Positions 10,856 through 20,849 of a stretch of 64,000 nt of DNA are shown one piece after another (position 1 is the stretch's first letter; each line of letters starts with the position of its first letter). The DNA lies in IMG/VR virus record IMGVR_UViG_3300029989_000005, one strand, 5' to 3'. Both the position numbers and the translations under genes were made by a program. This DNA is from a virus. The notes under the pieces are model-generated. The model did not search any database. It was given only the letters and a program-made list of their open reading frames with translations, and was not told the DNA's origin.

Positions 10856-11533
10856 ATGGAAAAAGATAATATCAAATTTATTGATGGTAAACCATACTTG
10901 ATAACCAAGGCATCCGTATTACCTACAACCGAGGACAACAAAGATAGATTACAAATTTACCGTAATTCAGAAAATAAAAAATTTGTCATAGGATTTATGA
11001 ATGCAAGAAGTACGAAAGATGCACCGCACAGCGTTTATATTACATCCAATGAAAAAATATGTGGTGGTGATAAAGTGCTGCTACACAACAATTGGGTTGT
11101 TGAAGCTGTAGATTTCATAGGTAATATAGGATATAAAGTTTCAAATCGTACTGCTTTTCTAACATTCCAACAAAATGATAGAAAGATTATTACAATTAAG
11201 CCATCGCTTGAATTTATCAAAAAATTAATCTTCTCAGAAATAGAACCATTAAATATTGATGTACTTACAGAACTTACAGGTGGAGGTAAAGAGGAGGTTT
11301 TGCTTCCAACTTGGGATGATGATATAAAAGTAACTTATAACGATATACCATATAAATTGAAGCAAGTTTCAGGTGGCTTCCATGTTATTCATACGTTAAA
11401 AAACAATTGGAATAAAAATGAATTATATGAATTATTTGAAAAAGCCAAGCATGATACGTTACGTATGGATGGATTGTATGATAAGCTTCCTAATGGATGG
11501 GTTGAAAACATACTTTATCAGATAGACAAATAA
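10856..11533 (+). CDS. Hypothetical protein, paralog family A
   Basis: KASVLPT..VYITS..KIIT; similar to 11538, 13021 and 33483. Confidence 0.6.
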   Translation: MEKDNIKFIDGKPYLITKASVLPTTEDNKDRLQIYRNSENKKFVIGFMNARSTKDAPHSVYITSNEKICGGDKVLLHNNWVVEAVDFIGNIGYKVSNRTAFLTFQQNDRKIITIKPSLEFIKKLIFSEIEPLNIDVLTELTGGGKEEVLLPTWDDDIKVTYNDIPYKLKQVSGGFHVIHTLKNNWNKNELYELFEKAKHDTLRMDGLYDKLPNGWVENILYQIDK

Positions 11534-11537
11534 AACT

Positions 11538-12242
11538 ATGGATATAGACAAAACACAAATAATTAATGTTGCGGGCAGACATTTTACTTTGGCAAAGGTT
11601 ATAATGCTAGATAGTAATCATGAACCAACTTTAAAAGGTGGTGAACTATGGGTTAATTATGATAGCAAATTGAAGCTTTCAAGACCTAATTCTATATGTC
11701 CTATACAATCTTTCAAACATCTTTACATTTATATTAAATGTAAAATAAAAGAAGGTGATTGGTGCTATGATTCCGAATTTAATATAATATTTCAAAAAAA
11801 TAAGTTTGCTTATAAATTCAATGATAAGTATCAATTTAAAATAATTGCCACAACCGATGATATATTAACCGTTACTACTGTTAATATATGGAATAATGGC
11901 GAGAAATCAGCATTACCTCAATCAGCATTACCTCAACCATCAGGGCTATTTATTAAACAATATATTGAATCGTATGGTACAGGTGCTACAATCACTGACG
12001 TTTTGGTAGAATGTGAAACTCAATATCCAAGTTATAAAGATTCATTACATGAAACTAATGGTATAGAGGTTATTAAGGTAAATCCTAGCAACAAGGTAAA
12101 TCCTAGCAATATAATTAATATAATAGTACAGAAAGATCATTATACTAAATCTGAACTAATAGATTTTGTCATGTGGTATTCAGGAATGGATAAAGACAAA
12201 GTTATAAGGCAAATTAATAGATATGAATCTGGATTAAGGTAA
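11538..12242 (+). CDS. Hypothetical protein, paralog family A
   Basis: AKVIML..HLYI..IKEGDW..KIIATTD..LPQPS..ITDVLVE; two short internal duplications. Confidence 0.65.
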   Translation: MDIDKTQIINVAGRHFTLAKVIMLDSNHEPTLKGGELWVNYDSKLKLSRPNSICPIQSFKHLYIYIKCKIKEGDWCYDSEFNIIFQKNKFAYKFNDKYQFKIIATTDDILTVTTVNIWNNGEKSALPQSALPQPSGLFIKQYIESYGTGATITDVLVECETQYPSYKDSLHETNGIEVIKVNPSNKVNPSNIINIIVQKDHYTKSELIDFVMWYSGMDKDKVIRQINRYESGLR

Positions 12243-12251
12243 TATTAAATT

Positions 12252-12470
12252 ATGGAAGAAGATAATGTATACTTAGGTGATGGGGTTTATGCCTCATTTG
12301 ATGGGTTTCAAATTTGGTTGGCTGTTGGTGACCACACGAATAATATAGTAGCATTAGAACCTGCAGTTATGAAAGAGCTAATTAAATATAAAGAATCTAT
12401 TGATAAAAAGCTTGAAGATAAATACAAAAATGATACTATGAACTTAATTGATAAATCTGAACTAATATAA
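12252..12470 (+). CDS. Conserved small phage protein
   Basis: YLGDGVYASFDGFQIWL..IVALEP. Confidence 0.6.
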   Translation: MEEDNVYLGDGVYASFDGFQIWLAVGDHTNNIVALEPAVMKELIKYKESIDKKLEDKYKNDTMNLIDKSELI

Positions 12471-12478
12471 TTAAAACT

Positions 12479-13012
12479 ATGGACAAAAAACAATTCTTGG
12501 GGGTAAATTTGTTATCTGATCTGAAATTCATTGATACTTTTAGAAATACGGTTCATTTGTTAACAGGTGTACAAACCGATATTAACAGTTCAATTTATTG
12601 TGGTGGTATCTATTCACACGGTGTATATATGTCGTGGGAAAATTGCACCCCAATTTTGCACCATATTTCTGATTTGTATAAATCAATTACGCATAACGGT
12701 GAAACGTTTATACCAATAGTTGAACTTGCAAGGTTAGCATATTCTAAATTAAATTGGAATTGTGGAATTGAGGAAGATATTAATGGTATAAAGTGTTTTT
12801 TGTACTCAAAAAGCGGCAAAAAGGAATATAGATTTCTTTATTGTGAAAGTGAGCAGTCATTTTCTACTGTTTCTATTCCACAGAATGAAACCAAATACGT
12901 TCCGTATCAGTTACAGCTATTTCAAAAATTAATAAGTTGGCATTTTAATTTAATGTATGAATCAGAACCTTTTATTGATGTTAATTCACTTCCCGAAAAT
13001 CCTTACAAATAA
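12479..13012 (+). CDS. Hypothetical protein
   Basis: ORF in + operon. Confidence 0.6.
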   Translation: MDKKQFLGVNLLSDLKFIDTFRNTVHLLTGVQTDINSSIYCGGIYSHGVYMSWENCTPILHHISDLYKSITHNGETFIPIVELARLAYSKLNWNCGIEEDINGIKCFLYSKSGKKEYRFLYCESEQSFSTVSIPQNETKYVPYQLQLFQKLISWHFNLMYESEPFIDVNSLPENPYK

Positions 13013-13020
13013 TTAAAATT

Positions 13021-13929
13021 ATGAAGATAGATAAAAGTCAAGTTATTGCAATGGATGGTAAATATTACGTTAAGTCTAATATAATATTAGCTAGTTCTAC
13101 ATCTTTACAGAGGGGTGATATAGTAATTGAGAACGGAAAATTGAGAATTGCTGAATCTTTATCAAAAGATTTACTAAACACAAAAGCTAAACCACATCAT
13201 CTTTACTTCATTGTTGATGAATTAATTGAAGAGGGTACTGATTGTTGGGCACTCAATCCAAACACGAAATACTTGAAAGAACACTTGAAATATTATACTA
13301 CTGATTCTAAAGGTATAAAGTATGCTAATGGTTATAGATTGGCTGATTGGAAGAAAATTATTGCATCTACCAACGAACTATTGGATTGGGATACTATTTC
13401 TACCAAGAGCCTATTACCAAGACCATCTGAACAATTTATAAGACGATTTATAAAGTCATGTAATATCATAGGTGTTGCTAACATAGATTCATCAAATTAT
13501 GTAAATGCTTTAGTTGAATGTACTTTTGAATTATCAAATAATGAAAATGAAGCAGGTAATTTAATTCCTGAGTTTTACCTAAAACTTGATGCCAACGGGT
13601 ATATTATTGTAAAGATACAATTGGACACGCAAGAGCAAACATATAAGCCAAATATTGATATAATCAAAATGGCTATTTCTAAAGGTTGTGAATGTAGCAA
13701 TAATGGTAGATATTTGCAAGATATTCAGGCATGGTTAAGGGATGAACATGATATACATGTTCAACCTATTATTCATTCATGGTCTAACAGAACTTACCAA
13801 TTTAGAATTCACAGTGATTTGATCTATGTTAATTCTATGAATTATAAGAATACGCCAATAATCGGTACACATGATTACGCTTTAGAAATGGGGCTTATTA
13901 TTGCCATGGAAAGTGTTCCTACATTATAA
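13021..13929 (+). CDS. Hypothetical protein, paralog family A with C-terminal extension
   Basis: HLYF..KIIAST..LPRPSEQFI; C-terminal QAWLRDEHDIHV. Confidence 0.6.
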   Translation: MKIDKSQVIAMDGKYYVKSNIILASSTSLQRGDIVIENGKLRIAESLSKDLLNTKAKPHHLYFIVDELIEEGTDCWALNPNTKYLKEHLKYYTTDSKGIKYANGYRLADWKKIIASTNELLDWDTISTKSLLPRPSEQFIRRFIKSCNIIGVANIDSSNYVNALVECTFELSNNENEAGNLIPEFYLKLDANGYIIVKIQLDTQEQTYKPNIDIIKMAISKGCECSNNGRYLQDIQAWLRDEHDIHVQPIIHSWSNRTYQFRIHSDLIYVNSMNYKNTPIIGTHDYALEMGLIIAMESVPTL

Positions 13930-13957
13930 AATTATAAACATTAAAAATTATTCTATT

Positions 13958-14074
13958 ATGAAAAAATTAGTCTTTTTACTTTTTATTATTTGCATCTCTT
14001 TTTCCTCGTGTTCAGACAACGGATTGTATCGGGTTCAGCAGAAAATAAATACCCCGCATTACAAACACATGTAG
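13958..14074 (+). CDS. Small putative lipoprotein (38 aa)
   Basis: Own translation MKKLVFLLFIICISFSSCSDNG...; lipobox-like FSSC. Confidence 0.45.
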   Translation: MKKLVFLLFIICISFSSCSDNGLYRVQQKINTPHYKHM

Positions 14075-14078
14075 TAAA

Positions 14079-14190
14079 TTAAACACGTGTAGAATGGATT
14101 GGGCAACTGCAAGTACCACGAATAATCAGTATAGTGATTTAATATGATAGGGTATTGTGCAAGTATTAGGTATCCAATACACGTGTTTAA
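14079..14190. ncRNA. Rod-like structured element, unassigned
   Basis: 13-bp perfect closing inverted repeat ttaaacacgtgta/tacacgtgtttaa plus nested stems. Confidence 0.35.
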
Positions 14191-14240
14191 AAACAGACTT
14201 TATTAACTAAATTATTAACAATTGAAACAATTTAAACAAA

Positions 14241-15137
14241 ATGAAATTAATTAAGCCATCTTTTGAAATTATTGGTCAACAGTCGGGTGAAATTGGAATG
14301 CTAAAGCACATAGAAACCTGTGGTAGAGTTGCTTGGAAATCAGAGGATAAAATTACCGATGATTCCCATATCAAGTTTCTTGAAATGCTTAAGGGTGTTA
14401 ATCATGGTTCTGTACTAGAGCACGGTACTATTTATCTCACGGTTAAATGGTACTCATTACTTATTATTTTATTTTTCTTCCTTAACAAATATTCCAAGGT
14501 GAAAAATTGGAAATATATTACAACTAATTACAGGGTAATAACTGACAATAATAAAGTTAATACCATGAAGAAATACATGAGTAAACCTACAAAATTTCAT
14601 GAAAAGAGATATACAGTAAGATTTATTTGTGATAGGGGTGTTTCACATGAATTTGTAAGGCATCGGGTATTCTCGTTTACTCAGGAGTCTACACGTTTTT
14701 GTAATTACATCAAAGAAAAATTTGGTAATTGTATAACTTTTATTTATCCTGTTTGGTTACAAGGTAAAGAAGAAATTGTACAGGGTTTGGTCGATATGGC
14801 AAATATAAACAATAAAGATGTTTATGAACTTGGTCATGATGAATCCATGCCTTTAGAAAAAAGAGGACTTTGTAGTTTCGTTTATGATATGTCAAATTCC
14901 GAACACGGATATAATTTTCAGATTGCTGCAGGATGGAAACCACAACAGGCACGTGCCGTACTTCCAAACTCTCTGAAAACTGAACTTATTATGACAGGTT
15001 TCATGACAGATTGGAGGCACTTCTTTAAATTAAGATGTGCACCCGCAGCCCATCCACAGGCTAGAGAACTTGCTATACCTTTGCTTGGTAGATTCCAATG
15101 TTACACAAATAGCTTTAATAATATAACATTAGATTAA
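14241..15137 (+). CDS. thyX: Flavin-dependent thymidylate synthase
   Basis: HGSVLEH, RGVSHEFVRHR..SFTQESTRFCNY, ARAVLP, LRC..AHP. Confidence 0.95.
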   Translation: MKLIKPSFEIIGQQSGEIGMLKHIETCGRVAWKSEDKITDDSHIKFLEMLKGVNHGSVLEHGTIYLTVKWYSLLIILFFFLNKYSKVKNWKYITTNYRVITDNNKVNTMKKYMSKPTKFHEKRYTVRFICDRGVSHEFVRHRVFSFTQESTRFCNYIKEKFGNCITFIYPVWLQGKEEIVQGLVDMANINNKDVYELGHDESMPLEKRGLCSFVYDMSNSEHGYNFQIAAGWKPQQARAVLPNSLKTELIMTGFMTDWRHFFKLRCAPAAHPQARELAIPLLGRFQCYTNSFNNITLD

Positions 15138-15148
15138 ATAAGTAATAA

Positions 15149-15502
15149 ATGGAAAGGGGTGCTACTAGATTAGTATTAAAAATTGGGGAATTTGTTATCA
15201 AATTCCCCAATTTCACATATAGCCATCTAAATTTTCTAAATGGCTGCCATGCCAATTGGTCTGAAAGAAATTTTTGTAAAGTGTTCAAGAATTATGATAA
15301 TGGTAGACTGTATAATAAAGTTGCACCATCATTATTTTGCTCAATTTTTGGACTAATTCAGGTTCAAAAATATTGCAAACCTCTTGGTAGAGAATTGACT
15401 GATAATGAAGTTGAATATTTTAAAAATGTACAGGACTTTGATTTAAAATCGACAAATTTTGGAATATACAAAGGTAGAGTTGTGTGTTTGGATTATCCAT
15501 GA
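15149..15502 (+). CDS. Minimal protein-kinase-like protein
   Basis: GATRLV..VIKFP..E..DLKSTNFG..VCLDY. Confidence 0.45.
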   Translation: MERGATRLVLKIGEFVIKFPNFTYSHLNFLNGCHANWSERNFCKVFKNYDNGRLYNKVAPSLFCSIFGLIQVQKYCKPLGRELTDNEVEYFKNVQDFDLKSTNFGIYKGRVVCLDYP

Positions 15503-15539
15503 AAGTATAAATAATTTTAAACAACACAGATTTTAAACA

Positions 15540-15577
15540 AAGCCTGACAGTATTATTTACAATTGTCAGGTTTTTTT
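15540..15577 (+). terminator. Intrinsic terminator
   Basis: cctgacag/ttgtcagg stem followed by T7. Confidence 0.7.
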
Positions 15578-15605
15578 GTATTTTGTAAATAATAAAAATT
15601 TGAAA

Positions 15606-18347
15606 ATGGGTGATTTAAATGCTTTATCGATATTTAATAAAAATGGTAATAAATTAGAACTTTCCTATAATAAGGAATATGATATATTACAAGGTATAAT
15701 GTATCTACCTGAGGTTTCAACCGATTTGATTGAGAATGAAACCTTATTCATACTTGAGGAAACAGGTGGTGAATTTATACAGCCTAAATCATTCGGTGAT
15801 TTAACCGTTAGTTTGATGAATTCCATGGATTATCAAATTTTTACAGTTGGAAACCCACATGATGAATTCCCCAAGGTAGAATTTATAGATAAGAAAGTTT
15901 TTAATGTGGAAATTCTACCACCACAATCTATTAAAAAAATAACAAATGGTAGGTTGTACAATTGGTATGCTATAACAAACACTAGAAAGCTTGCACCTAC
16001 AGGATGGCGTGTTCCATCAAGATCAGATTGGGAAACTTTGGTAACATTCCTAGCAGAAAATGGATATAATTATGATGGTAGTATTACAACAAGTTTTAGT
16101 AATAATAAAGTGGCAAAAGCTTTAGCATCTAAAGAGGGTTGGAACATATTACCTAGTACGTATGTTGGTTCTGCAGGTTATAATTCATCCCTGAATAATT
16201 CATCAGGGATGAATCTCTATCCATCAGGTGTTCAGGTGGTTTCGGGTTCACAGACAGCATCAAATGCAATGGGTAGAGTGTGTGGCTTATCATTTACTGA
16301 TATGGGTGCATATGGAGCTGTAATTAGTAATGGTAATTCCTTTTCATTTAGTACGCCAACAGGTAAACATGATGGTATGTCTTGTAGATTGATTAAAGAG
16401 GATGGTGTATTTGTAGAAAGTGTAATTATTGATGGTGATGTATATCATTGTGTAAAGCATGGAAATCAAGTCTGGTTGCAAGAAAATTTGGCTGTTGAAC
16501 ATTATAGTGATGGTACGCAAATTGGCTCAGACTTTATAGGTACTAATGGTGCTGTAACAGCTTATAATGGGGATGAAAACAATGTTTATATTATTACAAC
16601 AGTTGAAGGTAGCGGAAACATACGTAAGCCATTTAGAGTAGATTTTGCCGTTAAATCATCTACAGAAAAAACAGTTATAGACAAATTGCTTGTCTATAGT
16701 GCTTTAATTGGGAGGATAATAGCTGAAATCTCAGTATATATAGAGGTAGTTGGTGAGGATGAAAGGTTAACGGCAAAGCTTGCTGATTTCGGGGAATATA
16801 TCACAGCAAATGAGGAATATATATTCCGTAACAGTGACATCAAAGAGGAACTTACTAATCATATATTACTTAATGAAAAGAAAAAGGAATTTATTCTTGA
16901 AATGCACAATATCAAGCCTTACTTTTCAGCTTATAAAGGTCTTATAAACATACTTAACCTATTTGATTACCCCGATTTAACACTTAAGGAATATTGGGTT
17001 GATATAAAGACGGGAAAATATATAGCAGAAGATATTAAACTATATGAACAGGGAAGACTTGACGAAACTATACGTTATAATAGCCAACTTAAAAAGACCT
17101 CATTTTTCGGGTTGTACTATCCAATAAATCATACTAATGGTGAATATACACAAGATGGTTTGCCCGAAACAGTGGATAGTTTCATGTTTTCAAACGAGGA
17201 AATTATAATAAAATTGTTTGGTCTTAAGAATTGGATTAAAGACCGTGAAATCGGTGGTATTTCATCTATTATAGACATTATTGGTGAGATAACTTACTTT
17301 AACAAATATGACATAAATTTTTGGTATGATGATTGGAACTTAATTTCTGAATCCATCTCACAGGATAATATTCGCTTTTCAATAAATGGGGTAGAGGATA
17401 ATAACATAATAAACGTTCTACTTTCCGATTTATCAGGTTTTACATTTGATACACCTATTAGCAAAGTAGGTGCTGTTATAAATGTTAAAAATTTAACCTT
17501 TGGTGTACAGATTCAGGATGTTGACGTTACATTTGAGCAATTAAAAACAGAAAACGCCACATATTCAATATTTTTCAATAATGTAGATAAATTCAAGTAT
17601 TATCAAATAGAATGGTCAGCCGTTTCTGTTAAAACAGGTTTATTAGTTGATTCCAAGATTGGTAAACTTGATGATTTACTAGAAACTACACTTACTTTAC
17701 CAAATAGTGGACTTTTTAACATACAAATGAAACTGTATAAGTTTAATAATGAAATGGCTGTATTAACCAAACATTCAATAATTAATGTTTCACCAAAATC
17801 CATCTCATTGACCGCCTTTGTTAATACAAGTGAAATTATAAATCAAACACCTGAATACATAGCACTTTTTGATACTTATGCACCTAAAACATTAAAGGAT
17901 TTTAGAAAGATAAAATTTGTTGATGATGATTTCATGGCTTATGCAAATCATAAGTTTATGTTCTTTGATAACATACAATTCAATGATATAATCTCTCAGA
18001 CATTCCAAACATATGGTCAAAATTTCAACCCTGATAAAGATTTGTTACCATTTGCTAAGGGAATGACTAAAATATTCACTGATAATGTAGCCATTCACGT
18101 TTCGGATACCATATTTTTCAACTTGAAGAGGTCACAATTTGTTGGTAAATCAAATGCAAATTGGAAATTACTAGATGAAAATGGAACAGTTATTGTTGAG
18201 CTTGATAATTATTTATTTTTCTGTTATACATTTTTCAAATCGGGAAAATATTCCTTACAGGTTACATTGTATAATAATAAAGGTGATAACAAGACAGAAC
18301 TTTTCTCAAATTATATAACTGTTCATAAATATAAAATAGACTATTAA
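15606..18347 (+). CDS. Putative baseplate/tail structural protein with inserted Fib_succ_major domain and C-terminal Ig/PKD-like segments
   Basis: GRLYNWYA, PTGWRVPS, SCRLIKE, GNQVWLQENL; ATG start follows TAAATA at 15585-15595 (ORF track starts at 15576). Confidence 0.65.
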   Translation: MGDLNALSIFNKNGNKLELSYNKEYDILQGIMYLPEVSTDLIENETLFILEETGGEFIQPKSFGDLTVSLMNSMDYQIFTVGNPHDEFPKVEFIDKKVFNVEILPPQSIKKITNGRLYNWYAITNTRKLAPTGWRVPSRSDWETLVTFLAENGYNYDGSITTSFSNNKVAKALASKEGWNILPSTYVGSAGYNSSLNNSSGMNLYPSGVQVVSGSQTASNAMGRVCGLSFTDMGAYGAVISNGNSFSFSTPTGKHDGMSCRLIKEDGVFVESVIIDGDVYHCVKHGNQVWLQENLAVEHYSDGTQIGSDFIGTNGAVTAYNGDENNVYIITTVEGSGNIRKPFRVDFAVKSSTEKTVIDKLLVYSALIGRIIAEISVYIEVVGEDERLTAKLADFGEYITANEEYIFRNSDIKEELTNHILLNEKKKEFILEMHNIKPYFSAYKGLINILNLFDYPDLTLKEYWVDIKTGKYIAEDIKLYEQGRLDETIRYNSQLKKTSFFGLYYPINHTNGEYTQDGLPETVDSFMFSNEEIIIKLFGLKNWIKDREIGGISSIIDIIGEITYFNKYDINFWYDDWNLISESISQDNIRFSINGVEDNNIINVLLSDLSGFTFDTPISKVGAVINVKNLTFGVQIQDVDVTFEQLKTENATYSIFFNNVDKFKYYQIEWSAVSVKTGLLVDSKIGKLDDLLETTLTLPNSGLFNIQMKLYKFNNEMAVLTKHSIINVSPKSISLTAFVNTSEIINQTPEYIALFDTYAPKTLKDFRKIKFVDDDFMAYANHKFMFFDNIQFNDIISQTFQTYGQNFNPDKDLLPFAKGMTKIFTDNVAIHVSDTIFFNLKRSQFVGKSNANWKLLDENGTVIVELDNYLFFCYTFFKSGKYSLQVTLYNNKGDNKTELFSNYITVHKYKIDY

Positions 18348-18460
18348 TACGGTAAAGCACATGAAAAAGTTAAGAATATATTCACGGCTACAGACGATAT
18401 ACTTTCCTTGCACTTTGACCATTTTTGTGGTATCAGCATAACAAAGAATCATTTTAATAC

Positions 18461-18496
18461 AAAGAAACCATCAAGGATTAACTTGGTGGCTTCTTT
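18461..18496. terminator. Terminator between convergent units
   Basis: aaagaaaccatcaag / cttggtggcttcttt imperfect stem. Confidence 0.5.
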
Positions 18497-18593
18497 CATG
18501 TTGTAGTTTTTACATTATCGCAATGGTTACTACTTTACTGACATTTCCAATTCTTAATATTTATAAACTAAACTATTATGCACGTTATTTATT

Positions 18594-18833
18594 TTAACCC
18601 TCATATGGTAGTTTATCTTGTGAGTTCCTTTTAGCCTCATTTTCTCTGTCGGTAATAACTGTTTTATATGCTAGATCAATGCTATCACCTAATCTTACCA
18701 ATGAGTTAAATGTTTTAAGTTCTTCACCCTTAAGTTCAGATTCAACCTGTTCCATAGTCATATCCTCAAAGATATTGATATTTTTATCTGTACCTGATGG
18801 TATATTAGCCTCAAAAATTTTTAACTTTTTCAT
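18594..18833 (-). CDS. Small protein with MKKLKIFE leader (putative internal head protein)
   Basis: Leader motif; late motif at 18839-18850. Confidence 0.6.
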   Translation of the reverse strand: MKKLKIFEANIPSGTDKNINIFEDMTMEQVESELKGEELKTFNSLVRLGDSIDLAYKTVITDRENEAKRNSQDKLPYEG

Positions 18834-18845
18834 ATTTTTAATTAT

Positions 18846-19088
18846 TTATAATTTATCCTGATAACCTTTTTTAAGTTCCTCCAATTTAAGGCATGCATCA
18901 TCTATGATTTCCTGTGCATCCTTTTGAATTTGCTTACCTGTTTCCTTTGTTTCATCAAACATAGCTATTAAATCAGATTTAAATTCAGTACCTATATTCT
19001 TGAAATCCGATTTTATCCCATCTATGAAATCCTTGAAAATGTTTACACTTTCATTAACAGGTTTATTCAGTGTGTTAGATTTTTTCAT
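18846..19088 (-). CDS. Small protein with related leader (MKKS..VNES)
   Basis: Basic N-terminus followed by xNE site. Confidence 0.5.
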   Translation of the reverse strand: MKKSNTLNKPVNESVNIFKDFIDGIKSDFKNIGTEFKSDLIAMFDETKETGKQIQKDAQEIIDDACLKLEELKKGYQDKL

Positions 19089-19474
19089 AATGACAGTTCC
19101 TCACTTGCTTGAATTAAGAATAAATATTCCCTTGTTGTAATCATGTCATTTATAAGTAAATATAGCAGTCTATCCTGATACATGTTACATGAATTATAAA
19201 CCAAATGATAAATATAAATGTCCTCTACCTTAAGTTGACTTTTAAAATGTTCAATCTGTTTTTCTTTAGATACAACTAAATTAAACGCTGAATCAGCCTG
19301 ATAAAACATTTTGGTATAACGGTTAGCCTTTAATTCTCTGTTAGTCTGATGCTTAGCTGAATCACTTGCTTGATATAATATAGTCAAAACATTTTTAGGC
19401 TCTTTATTTTGACTGAACACAGTTATACATGTTAATAACATCAAAGATAAAATAAGTGTAAATTTTGTTCTCAT
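19085..19474 (-). CDS. Hypothetical secreted protein
   Basis: Signal-peptide-like N-terminus ending in VFS-Q. Confidence 0.55.
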   Translation of the reverse strand: MRTKFTLILSLMLLTCITVFSQNKEPKNVLTILYQASDSAKHQTNRELKANRYTKMFYQADSAFNLVVSKEKQIEHFKSQLKVEDIYIYHLVYNSCNMYQDRLLYLLINDMITTREYLFLIQASEELSL

Positions 19475-19592
19475 AATTTTAAAGTATTATTAAATATACA
19501 ATTATTACTATACACAACCCTATTTTTAACAAGGTGTAAAGACACCCTATACTTTCTGTTTGTTTTGTTGGCATAACTTTAAAATTAATTGG

Positions 19593-19949
19593 TTATCTCT
19601 TGGTAAGTATTATTGAGTAAGTATTATCAGATGAATCAGTACTTGTAATTTCAATCTTTTTTCCATCATCAGATTTAACTTTCCAATTGTTATATCCAAG
19701 ACCTGAATCATTAAGTGCTTTGGCAACAGATTTTCCATTATCCTCAGCACCTGTAATTACTATTTCTACAGCTGATGCCATATCCTTTGAACCTGTATTT
19801 TCCAACTGAGGAAATTTTGCCTCTCTCATGTTATCGGATAAATTGAATCCAAAACTTGATAAAGCAGCATTTGTACCACTTGATATACGCCAATTATCTC
19901 CAATAACTGATTCATTTATTTTGCTTTCAAAAACTTTTGACTTTTTCAT
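19593..19949 (-). CDS. Small protein with MKKSKVFE leader
   Basis: Leader motif; TAAATA at 19956-19961. Confidence 0.6.
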   Translation of the reverse strand: MKKSKVFESKINESVIGDNWRISSGTNAALSSFGFNLSDNMREAKFPQLENTGSKDMASAVEIVITGAEDNGKSVAKALNDSGLGYNNWKVKSDDGKKIEITSTDSSDNTYSIILTKR

Positions 19950-20175
19950 ATTGTATATTTATTTTATTATTTTTATAATCTGTGTAAAGACCTTTGCCAT
20001 AATATGTCCAACTTTCTATTAATTTTGGACTCTGATTAAATTTACCAACTAATTGTTCTGTTGTCATTTGCTTGGTTTCAGTCATTATGTAACAATAAAC
20101 TGTATTCCTTTCCAAGGTGGTTAACTTACTGAATTCATTGGTATCGAAAAATGACAATAATTGTGAATTTTCCAT
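19927..20175 (-). CDS. Small HTH-like protein, paralog of next gene
   Basis: LTTLERNTVYCYIMTE..MT..W...GKGLY shared with 20175-20450. Confidence 0.55.
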   Translation of the reverse strand: MENSQLLSFFDTNEFSKLTTLERNTVYCYIMTETKQMTTEQLVGKFNQSPKLIESWTYYGKGLYTDYKNNKINIQYEKVKSF

Positions 20176-20450
20176 TACATAAATGCGTTTTGAGGTTTGA
20201 ACATTATATCAGGATTTATTTTATTTTCAGAGTATAATCCAATACCATGTTCAACCCAACCACGTGCCAAATTTAGTGAAATATCTAATTTCTTGGCTAC
20301 ATCGGCTAATGTCATTTTACCTGATTCAATCATAATATAACTATAAACAATATTTCTCTTTAATGATGTTAATTGTTTATAATTATCAGATTTTAGGAAT
20401 AACAACATTGTATTGTATTCACCCGATTCAAATATCTTAAGCTTTTTCAT
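20175..20450 (-). CDS. Small HTH-like protein with MKKLKIFE leader
   Basis: Leader plus MTLADVAKKLDISLNLARGW helix-turn-helix pattern. Confidence 0.6.
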   Translation of the reverse strand: MKKLKIFESGEYNTMLLFLKSDNYKQLTSLKRNIVYSYIMIESGKMTLADVAKKLDISLNLARGWVEHGIGLYSENKINPDIMFKPQNAFM

Positions 20451-20451
20451 A

Positions 20452-20802
20452 TTAAAATAAACCCTCTATTGATCTATAACCCTCGTTTGTTATTTTATAT
20501 AGTTCAAATTCCTCACCTTTCACTTTGAACATACATTCAAAAAGCATACCATCGTTGTTGACACCAAAATAATAATCATTACTAATTTTGACGTGATCTA
20601 AAATGGTAGAAATTTGACCAAGCCCATAATGACCCTTGATTACAAAATCAACATGGTCTATGTTCATACAGCTAATATAGAATTCAAATATTTCATCCAT
20701 ATTAGCTGTACTCAGAAATTCCACAACTTTCTGAGATTCATTAGACAGCTTAGCCGATTCATATATTCTATTGGTTTCCAAGTCCTCAGGTGCGTTATAC
20801 AT
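20452..20802 (-). CDS. Hypothetical late protein
   Basis: TTAAATAATTAA at 20810-20821; RIYE site near the N-terminus. Confidence 0.55.
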   Translation of the reverse strand: MYNAPEDLETNRIYESAKLSNESQKVVEFLSTANMDEIFEFYISCMNIDHVDFVIKGHYGLGQISTILDHVKISNDYYFGVNNDGMLFECMFKVKGEEFELYKITNEGYRSIEGLF

Positions 20803-20849
20803 TTTGTTTTTAATTATTTAATATACAAAGAGGTTTCAAAGGTGGGGTA

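Noticed and set aside
15945-16590. Diversity-generating retroelement
   Set aside because: Target-type domain present, but no reverse transcriptase or AAC-rich template repeat in this window
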